From: Polyangiaceae bacterium
GTDB lineage: Bacteria; Myxococcota_A; Polyangia; Polyangiales; Polyangiaceae
Reading direction: 5' to 3'
Assembly: GCA_044222475.1 (NCBI GenBank)
Contig: JBGANF010000104.1
Span: forward strand, 1 to 29,590
Length of the DNA stretch: 29,590 nucleotides
The notes beneath the pieces are model-generated. The model was not told where the DNA came from. It saw only the letters and a program-made list of their open reading frames with translations, and did no database searches. The position numbers and the translations under genes were made by a program. How positions within the stretch are numbered: the first letter of the stretch is position 1; each line of letters opens with the position of its first letter. Below, in pieces: positions 23,114 to 29,590 of the stretch.

Positions 23114-24076
23114 ATGCGCAAGCTCGTCCTCGCCCTGCTCGTCGCGACCGCCTGCGCCGCCGACGTCGACGTCACGCCGCTGGACGACGACGGCCTCGCG
23201 GTCGTCGGCGGGATCGACGCACGGTCCCCGGCGTATCGCCCCGTCGGCGCGCTGGCGGACCCGAGCGGTCCGTTCTGCACGGCGACGCTCATCGCCCCCA
23301 CGTTGATCGTCTCCGCGCGACACTGCATCCACGGCCCGAGCATCTTCCGCGGCGAGGTCACGTTTCGGATCGGGCAGGACGCGAACGTGCCCGAGCGAGA
23401 GGTTCAAGTCGTCGCGGCGGCGAAGCCCGACCTCGACTCGGGTGGCTGGATCGGCGTCGGGAGCGACGTCGCGGTGTTCCAGCTCGGCGAGCCGATCACG
23501 GACGTGCCGCCGATGAAGATCGGCGCGGTGCCGCTCACCAAGACCGATCTCGGGCGGAAGAGCATCGTCGTCGGCTACGGCCGCCAGTCCCAGGACCTGC
23601 TCGCCGAACAAGGTGTGTATGGTACACGCAAAGTCGGAAACATGACGCTCCGCGCGGTCGACGGAAAACCGCTCCGCCAGACCTTCGCGACGTTCGAGCT
23701 CTTCGTCGCGAAGATCGCCGAGCTCGAAGGGCACGCGCTCGACGCTGCCGACACGAAGCAGCTTCAGGTCGCGTGGGACTACGATCTCCTGGCGCAGCAC
23801 GAGGTGTTCCTCGGCTTCGGGCCGAAGGACGTGCAAATCTGCCACGGCGATTCGGGGAGCCCGCTCATCTGGGTGCGCTCGGGCGCGCGCGAAGTGCAGG
23901 GCGTCCTCACCGGCGGGATCATCGTGGGCGGACGCCACTGTCGCGGCGCGTTCTACGCCGCGTTCGGCCCGAGGGCGCGCGCGCTCGTCGATGCCACCAT
24001 GGCGTGCGAGAAGACCGGTTGCCCGCTCTACCCGTGGTCGGCGAAGGTCGCACCCGGCCGGCGCACGAAACCTTGA
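23114..24076 (+). CDS. Trypsin-like (S1) serine protease lipoprotein
   Basis: MRKLVLALLVATA-C, VVGG, FCTATLI..SARHC (His), SDVAV (Asp), ICHGDSGSP (Ser). Confidence 0.9.
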   Translation: MRKLVLALLVATACAADVDVTPLDDDGLAVVGGIDARSPAYRPVGALADPSGPFCTATLIAPTLIVSARHCIHGPSIFRGEVTFRIGQDANVPEREVQVVAAAKPDLDSGGWIGVGSDVAVFQLGEPITDVPPMKIGAVPLTKTDLGRKSIVVGYGRQSQDLLAEQGVYGTRKVGNMTLRAVDGKPLRQTFATFELFVAKIAELEGHALDAADTKQLQVAWDYDLLAQHEVFLGFGPKDVQICHGDSGSPLIWVRSGAREVQGVLTGGIIVGGRHCRGAFYAAFGPRARALVDATMACEKTGCPLYPWSAKVAPGRRTKP

Positions 24077-24079
24077 GCG

Positions 24080-25366
24080 TCAGCGCTTCCGGAAGAGCTC
24101 CTCGCGCCGCATCTGCTGGGTGTTCTCCTCGTTGGTGGCGCTCTTGTGGGCTCGCCGCGGCGGCGTGCTCGGCCGGCGGACCGGAGGAGGCGGCGGAGGT
24201 GGCTCGCGAACGGAGGGCGGAGGAGGCGGAGGCGGAGGCGGAGGTGGAGGCGGCGGTGGAGCGGCCAGGCGCTCGGTGCGCTCTCGGCGAGGTGCCACGA
24301 ACAGCCCGTTGATGAGCGTGGGCGCGGCGATACGGAGCTTGTGCATCCAGGTCGGCTCGATCGAGCCCATGGTGAACTGCCCTTCGACGACGCCCGAGGG
24401 CGACACGCCGTCTTGCTCGAACCTGAAGAGATCCTCGAGCATCACCTTGCCGTCGTGCGCGCCCTGGACGGCGGTGACGTGGGTGACGCGCCGCCGGCCG
24501 TCCGCGAGCTGGGTGTGCTGCACGATGAGATCGACCGCCGAGGCGATCTGCTGCTGGATCGCCCACAGCGGGAACGGGAGCCCGCGCGCGAGCACCATGA
24601 GGCCGAGCCGCGAGATCGCCTGCTCGGGCGAGCTCGCGTGCATGACGGCGAAGCCACCGTCGTGGCCGCTGCTCATCGCGGAGAGCAGGTCGAACGCCTC
24701 TTCGCCGCGAACCTCGCCGAGGATGATTCGCGTGGGGCGCATGCGGAGACTGTTCTTGAGGAGGTCGGCGAGCGAGATCGCTCCGGAGCCTTCGATGTTC
24801 GGCGGGCGGCACTCGAGGCGAATCGTGTTGGGCTGGACGATGGTGAGCTCGGCCGTGTCCTCGATGACGACGATGCGCTCGGAGTCGGGGATGTACTTTG
24901 CAAGCAACGCGAGGAGAGTGGTCTTCCCCGAGCCGGTGCCGCCGGAGAAGAGGATGTTGATGCGACCCGCGACGCACGCGCGGAGGAAGTCGACCATGTG
25001 CGTCGTCATCGAGCCGTACTCGACGAGATCGTGGATGTCCTGGATTCCGCGGGTCGCGCGGCGGATGGTGACGACGGGCCCCTCGAGCGCGACGGGGCGC
25101 ACGGCGACGTTCACGCGCGAGCCGTCCGGGAGGCGGAAGTCGACGAACGGCGCCAACGCCGTCGCCGCGCGCCCGGTCATGCCGAGGAGCGCCTCGACGG
25201 CGGCGTCGAGCTGGTTCTGCGTGCGGAACGGCGGAGGCAGCGCCTCGAATTTCCCCGAGCGCTCGATGAAGAACCGCTGGACGCCGTTGATCATGATCTC
25301 CGAGACCTCGGGATCGATGAGCAAGGGCCGGATCGGTCGCAGCGCCGGGAAGTCGAGGTAGTTCAT
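24080..25366 (-). CDS. cpaF: CpaF/TadA-family (VirB11-like) ATPase with polyproline tail
   Basis: SEIMING, RLPDGSRVN, Walker A SGGTGSGKTT, IEDTAEL, LRMRPTRIILGEVRG, His box GHDG..MHA. Confidence 0.9.
   Translation of the reverse strand: MNYLDFPALRPIRPLLIDPEVSEIMINGVQRFFIERSGKFEALPPPFRTQNQLDAAVEALLGMTGRAATALAPFVDFRLPDGSRVNVAVRPVALEGPVVTIRRATRGIQDIHDLVEYGSMTTHMVDFLRACVAGRINILFSGGTGSGKTTLLALLAKYIPDSERIVVIEDTAELTIVQPNTIRLECRPPNIEGSGAISLADLLKNSLRMRPTRIILGEVRGEEAFDLLSAMSSGHDGGFAVMHASSPEQAISRLGLMVLARGLPFPLWAIQQQIASAVDLIVQHTQLADGRRRVTHVTAVQGAHDGKVMLEDLFRFEQDGVSPSGVVEGQFTMGSIEPTWMHKLRIAAPTLINGLFVAPRRERTERLAAPPPPPPPPPPPPPPPSVREPPPPPPPVRRPSTPPRRAHKSATNEENTQQMRREELFRKR
24180..24262 (-). repeat. Low-complexity (CCG/CCT/CCA)n repeat encoding polyproline
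   Basis: (GGAGGC)n-like run on the + strand encoding APPPP...SVREPPPPPPP. Confidence 0.85.
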
Positions 25367-25491
25367 CGCCCCGAAAGACTACCGCAAGAACGACGCGAGG
25401 AGCCCCGTCGTCACCGGATCGGGGCACGCCCGATTCATCGGTGCGAGCATGGACGCATCCGGTTGCGGTACCCTCCCGAACGGAGGGTTGC

Positions 25492-26391
25492 ATGCGACGC
25501 ACGATGATGGGGGGGCTCCTCGCGTTCGGAGCAGTGGTCGGATGTCACACGGCCGAAACTCCTGCGGCTCCGGTGGCCACGGCGTCAGCGTCTGCGGCGG
25601 CCGTGTCATCGACTCCAGCTCCGGCCGACGCGGGTGCCCCGCCGGTCGACGCGGGACCGATCCCTCGCGTCTTCCTACCGTCGCCTCCGGAGGGAGGCGT
25701 GATGCAAGGCTTCCCTGGACACATGCCGGACGCGGCCCACCCGAAGGGCACCGTGTTCGTCACGCTCGTGGGGACGGCGTCGTACGCAGCCGAGCTCGAC
25801 GTCGCGAGCAACACCGTGATCGCGAAGGTCGCGCTGGTCGGTGGACAGCCGATGATCGCGAAGCACTCCGGCGGCTCGTTCGAGGTGTTCTGCGTCGGAG
25901 AGAAGACGAGCGGCATGAACGTCTTCGACAAGGACTTCAAGCTCGTCGCTCAGGACCAACGCGTCGAGGCGCCGCCGCTCCCGGTGATGCTTCCGTACTC
26001 TCAGACGGGCGCGACCTACTTCCTCGTGGTCGACGGAGGCAAGATCTGGCTGCTCGCTCGACAGATCTCGCGCATCGGGAAGCCCGGGAGCGACTCGGAA
26101 TTCGGTCCGAAGGAATTTCTCCGCCGCACCTACTCCCTCACGACCGCGAAGCTCCTCGACACGAAGCCGCAGGGCGCGCTCCCCGACATGTCGTCGACCG
26201 AGGGCCTGCACGACGGCGCGCCCGAGGTGCCGGGGGCTCGCCCCGAAGGAGGGCTCGACTGCTCGAGCCCCGGCGGCGCGGGATTCACGGCAGCGTTCTT
26301 CCACGCGGGTCGCGAGTTCACGAAGTCGTTCGCGTGTTGCGGGAGCGCTCCCGGCGGTTTCAGCTACTGCGAGTTGCCTGGCGGGCGTTGA
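25492..26391 (+). CDS. Hypothetical lipoprotein
   Basis: ATG at 25492 with GGAGG RBS. MRRTMMGGLLAFGAVVG-C, Ala/Pro linker, beta-rich body, Cys-rich C-terminus. Confidence 0.75.
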   Translation: MRRTMMGGLLAFGAVVGCHTAETPAAPVATASASAAAVSSTPAPADAGAPPVDAGPIPRVFLPSPPEGGVMQGFPGHMPDAAHPKGTVFVTLVGTASYAAELDVASNTVIAKVALVGGQPMIAKHSGGSFEVFCVGEKTSGMNVFDKDFKLVAQDQRVEAPPLPVMLPYSQTGATYFLVVDGGKIWLLARQISRIGKPGSDSEFGPKEFLRRTYSLTTAKLLDTKPQGALPDMSSTEGLHDGAPEVPGARPEGGLDCSSPGGAGFTAAFFHAGREFTKSFACCGSAPGGFSYCELPGGR

Positions 26392-26393
26392 CC

Positions 26394-26843
26394 GTGCTCG
26401 CCCTTCTCCAACTCGTCGAGCTTCCGCTCGCGTTGGTCGCGGTCGTCGCGATCCTCGTGTTCTCGGTGCGAGTGGACGCATACCGTGCGTCGACCGATCG
26501 GCGCCGCGCGTTCTGGCTTTCGACGGCGTTGGTCTTCGTTCCGAGCGGGTTGATGCTGCTCCACGTCTTCGCGATGCTGGTCGTGTTCGGAGATCCCGAC
26601 CGTCGCTTGCTGGCGATCCCCGCGTTCGGTGCAGTGTTCGTCTTTGCCCAGATGCCCGGGGCGTTGAAGGCGCTCTACCTGGAGCAGTTTCCCGGTCGCT
26701 ACACCGGGCCGAACGTGCGCGAGCTCGTGACCGGGGACGAGGGCGTGCGCCGCGCCACCGGCTTCGTCCGCCTGCTCCTCCTGATCCTGCTCTCGGTGAT
26801 CGTGTATCGCCTTGCGCTGCGCTTCTTCGTCCTCCCGAGCTAA
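26394..26843 (+). CDS. Hypothetical integral membrane protein (about 4 TM)
   Basis: Four hydrophobic segments. Start is GTG 26394 or TTG 26388, directly after the previous stop. Confidence 0.7.
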   Translation: MLALLQLVELPLALVAVVAILVFSVRVDAYRASTDRRRAFWLSTALVFVPSGLMLLHVFAMLVVFGDPDRRLLAIPAFGAVFVFAQMPGALKALYLEQFPGRYTGPNVRELVTGDEGVRRATGFVRLLLLILLSVIVYRLALRFFVLPS

Positions 26844-26852
26844 GCTCGAACG

Positions 26853-28931
26853 GTGTCGCCCCGTCGTCTCGCCATCTCGTTCTGCGCGCTCGCGTGGGCG
26901 TGGGCGTGCTCGAGCGAGACGCCGGACGCACCCGCGACCGTCGTCCTCATGGGGTACGACCGCACGGACGGATTGTTCGACGCGCCGTTCCCCGACGAGT
27001 CGGCGCGCAGGGCCGACGGGACGATCGACATCACGAAGTTCCCCAGCCTCGACGCCGCGATCTTCGTGCAGGCCGCGTGGAGCACGGCGGCGCGCGACGC
27101 GCGCGGGTTCTCGCAGACGTCGACGATCTTCTTCCGCACGTCGGCGCCGCTGAAGGAGACGTTCGCCGATCCGGCGAGCACCGCGAAGGCCGACTCGCCC
27201 ATCCAGATCGTCGACGTCGATCCGAAGTCGCCCGATCGGGGAAAGCGCGTCCCGTTCATCGGCTCGTTCCTCGCGGATCCCGGTCAGTACGGGCAGCCGA
27301 ACCTCCTCGGGCTCACGCCGTACCAAGGGATTCCCCTGCGGCCCGGGACGATCCACGCCGCCGTCGTGCTTCGGAAGCTCGGCGATGCGAGCGGGCGCCT
27401 GCTCGGTCAGTCGCCGGCGCTCGTCGACCTGCTGGCGAAGCGCAAGCCGGCGTCCATGAGCGACGCCGCGTTCCAGATGCACCTCGCCGCCATCGACGAT
27501 CTCGCCACCCGAGGGATCGCCGGCGCCGACCTCGCCGGCATCGCCGTCTTTCGCACCGACGATTCCATCGGAGACCTTCAGTCGGTTCTGGCCGACGCGC
27601 TGCCACGGGCGAAGCTCGGCGCCTTCGTCGCGAGCGACGTCTACGACGACTATTGCGTCTACACGGCCTCGGCCGACATGCCGGCGTACCAAATTGGGAC
27701 GCCTCCGTACACCAACGGCGGCGGGTACTGGACGTTCGACCCGAAGGGCGCGCCGCTCTTCCAGCGGCTCGAGAGCGCCCGCGCGTTCCTGACCGTGCCG
27801 CGGCGAGCGATGCCGGCGGCCGGCTTCCCGACCGTCGTCTTCTCGCGCACTGGCGCCGGGGCCGACCGCGCAGCGATCGACCGCGGGGTGCGCGACAAGG
27901 ACGGCAACGCGGCACCGGGCACCGGGCTCGCACGGGACTTCGCTCGGGTCGGCGTCGCATCGATCTCGATCGACGGGCCGCTCGGCGGCATCCGCAACCC
28001 GGACCAGAGCGACGAGCAGTTCCTGATCTTCAACATCGCCAACCCGGCCGAGATTCGGGACAACGTGCGGCAGAGCGCGGTCGAGCTCGCGATCGCCGCG
28101 CACCTCGTCGATCAGGTCGCGGTCGACGGCTCCGCGTGCGCCGGGTTCTCGTCCGGCGACGGCAAGGCCAAAGTCGACGCGCAGAAGCTCGCCCTGTTCG
28201 GGCACTCGATGGGCGCGACGATCGCGCCGCTCGCGATCGCGATCGAGCCCCGGTTCGGCGCCGCCATCCTGAGCGGCGCCGGCGGGAGCTGGATCGAGAA
28301 CGTCCTCTACAAGAAGAAGCCCCTCGACGTGCGGCCGCTCGCCGAGCTCCTCGTCGGGTACACGTCGCAGCGGCGGAAGCTGGTCCACGGCGATCCGGCG
28401 CTCGCGTTGGTCCAGTGGGCCGCGGAGGCCGCCGACCCGCCGGTCTACGGGGACCGCATCGTTACCAGTTTGGGACAAGGGCGCGCCCGCCACGTCCTCA
28501 TGTTCCAGGGCATCGTCGACCACTACATCATGCCGCCCATGGCCAACACGTCGAGCGTCGCGTTCGGTCTCGACGTCGGCGGCACGCCGCTCGACGCGAC
28601 GACGCCCGAGCTCGCCGAGTTCACACCCGCCGTTCAAGCCGTCGCGATCGTGGGTCACGGCCAGATCGCGCTGCCCGCGAGCGGCAACGTGAAGCACGGC
28701 GACGGCACCACCTCGACCGCGGTGGTCGTGCAGCACGCGTCCGACGGGATCGAAGACGGACACGAGGTCGCGTTCCAACGCGCCGACGCGAAGTACCAGC
28801 TTCGCTGCTTCGTCTCGAAGTGGGCGTCCGGGGACGCGAAGTACCAGCTTCGCTGCTTCGTCTCGAAGTGGGCGTCCGGGCTGGTCCCCACCGTCCCGCC
28901 ACCGATCGCCTCGGACGAGATCTGCCCCTGA
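26853..28931 (+). CDS. Secreted alpha/beta-hydrolase (lipase-like) lipoprotein
   Basis: Signal ending AWA-C, APFPDE..DG, GFS, TVVFSRTGAG, RDNVRQSAVE, nucleophile elbow GHSMG, candidate Asp (GIVDHY) and His (DGHEV). Confidence 0.8.
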   Translation: MSPRRLAISFCALAWAWACSSETPDAPATVVLMGYDRTDGLFDAPFPDESARRADGTIDITKFPSLDAAIFVQAAWSTAARDARGFSQTSTIFFRTSAPLKETFADPASTAKADSPIQIVDVDPKSPDRGKRVPFIGSFLADPGQYGQPNLLGLTPYQGIPLRPGTIHAAVVLRKLGDASGRLLGQSPALVDLLAKRKPASMSDAAFQMHLAAIDDLATRGIAGADLAGIAVFRTDDSIGDLQSVLADALPRAKLGAFVASDVYDDYCVYTASADMPAYQIGTPPYTNGGGYWTFDPKGAPLFQRLESARAFLTVPRRAMPAAGFPTVVFSRTGAGADRAAIDRGVRDKDGNAAPGTGLARDFARVGVASISIDGPLGGIRNPDQSDEQFLIFNIANPAEIRDNVRQSAVELAIAAHLVDQVAVDGSACAGFSSGDGKAKVDAQKLALFGHSMGATIAPLAIAIEPRFGAAILSGAGGSWIENVLYKKKPLDVRPLAELLVGYTSQRRKLVHGDPALALVQWAAEAADPPVYGDRIVTSLGQGRARHVLMFQGIVDHYIMPPMANTSSVAFGLDVGGTPLDATTPELAEFTPAVQAVAIVGHGQIALPASGNVKHGDGTTSTAVVVQHASDGIEDGHEVAFQRADAKYQLRCFVSKWASGDAKYQLRCFVSKWASGLVPTVPPPIASDEICP
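28785..28880 (+). repeat. Perfect 48-bp in-frame tandem duplication (2 copies)
   Basis: GACGCGAAGTACCAGCTTCGCTGCTTCGTCTCGAAGTGGGCGTCCGGG at 28785-28832 and 28833-28880. Confidence 0.97.
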
Positions 28932-29049
28932 CCGTCCAACTCGCCGGACCGGCCGCCGGCCGCCTGAGCTCGACGCAGGTTCTGCGCGTGGTAGGCGCAA
29001 AGGTTCGCAGCGCCGGCGCGGACGGGGCCTTTTGCCTCGCGGATCCGTC

Positions 29050-29065
29050 GGGCACGCAGCTTGCG
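29050..29065 (+). promoter_or_regulatory. Putative sigma54 (-24/-12) promoter
   Basis: GGGCACGCAGCTTGCG matches GGCACG-N4-TTGC, with GG(29051-52)-N10-GC(29063-64). Confidence 0.6.
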
Positions 29066-29078
29066 ATGGCGTGGGTCG

Positions 29079-29590
29079 ATGCGCTTCGCCATCGCAGCTC
29101 TGTTGGTTCTTCACGGTCTCATCCACCTGATCGGCTTGAGGCTGTCGGGGACGAGGGTGGTCGCCGCTCTCTGGCTGGTGACGGCGCTCCTCCTCGTCGG
29201 CGCGGCCGCGCTTCGGCTCTTCGAAAAGGAGTCGTGGTGGATCCCCGCAGCGCTGGGGATCACGCTCTCGCAGATCCTCATCGTCATGCAGTGGTCGGAC
29301 GCCAAGGCGGGGACGGTCGCGAACGTGCTGCTGTTGCTGCCGGTGGTGGTGGGGTTCGCGACGATGCGGTTCCATCGCGCGAACGAGGAGACCGCGCGCG
29401 CGCTGCTGGCGCGAGCCCCGACGGCGGCGCCAGCGAACCTGAGCGAGAGCGACATCGCGTCGCTCCCGTCTCCGGTGAAGCGGTGGCTCGAAGGCTCGGG
29501 TGCGATCGGGAAGCCGCGCGCTCGGACGGTGCGTTTGCTCCAACGGGGCGAGATGCGCACGAGCCCGACCGGTCCGTTCATGCACGCCGA
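29079..29590 (+). CDS. Membrane protein, DUF6544-like, truncated by the window end
   Basis: Not in the ORF track because it has no stop in the window. Reads MRFAIAALLVLHGLIHLIG...SQILIVMQWSDAKAGTVAN...DIASLPSPVKRWLEGSGAIGKPR..VRLLQRGEMR. Confidence 0.75.
   Translation, partial: MRFAIAALLVLHGLIHLIGLRLSGTRVVAALWLVTALLLVGAAALRLFEKESWWIPAALGITLSQILIVMQWSDAKAGTVANVLLLLPVVVGFATMRFHRANEETARALLARAPTAAPANLSESDIASLPSPVKRWLEGSGAIGKPRARTVRLLQRGEMRTSPTGPFMHA

Noticed and set aside
21956..23938. 660-aa AraC fusion
   Set aside because: The N-terminal half is antisense to the protease gene. AraC homology begins near 22978.
25470..25488. Hairpin ACCCTCC/GGAGGGT sequestering the RBS of the 25492 gene
   Set aside because: The left arm overlaps a plausible -10 box (TACCCT, 25469-74), so it is probably not transcribed. 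TSS data would settle this.
28785..28880. 48-bp repeat as a CRISPR array or insertion target-site duplication
   Set aside because: There are two directly adjacent copies with no spacer, inside a CDS, and no cas or transposase genes.
26364..29585. 1073-aa minus-strand ORF
   Set aside because: It is the antisense shadow of three credible + strand genes, is Arg/Gly-rich with no motifs, and such ORFs are expected at high GC. The length match to CarB is coincidence.

Overview
A GC-rich (about 70% by eye) bacterial chromosome window. Gene content and lipoprotein style suggest Myxococcota, probably Polyangiaceae-like (inference). The left third is a translationally coupled Xanthomonas/Myxococcus-type arginine operon: argF' (N-acetylornithine carbamoyltransferase), argG, argE, argB/NAGS-K, argC, argH. 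The operon ends in an intact 803-aa CarB homologue that looks like a pseudoenzyme. Both ATP-grasp lid regions are deleted and the catalytic EMNPR/EVNPR motifs are lost, yet the residues aligning to the E. coli ornithine allosteric site are kept. This is the most notable finding. Next come a malic enzyme, a hybrid histidine kinase, a TraB-like OmpA protein, a ferredoxin and a tri-heme cytochrome lipoprotein with a hairpin-dense upstream region. The rest holds an AraC regulator, a trypsin-like protease, an orphan CpaF ATPase, several unknown lipoproteins and membrane proteins, an alpha/beta-hydrolase with a perfect 48-bp tandem duplication, and a partial DUF6544-like gene behind a sigma54-like promoter. 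Many genes have TANNNT exactly 6 nt before the start codon, a leaderless-mRNA signature. No rRNA, tRNA, CRISPR array or mobile element was seen. All family calls come from motif recognition by eye, and reference residue numbers are from memory.
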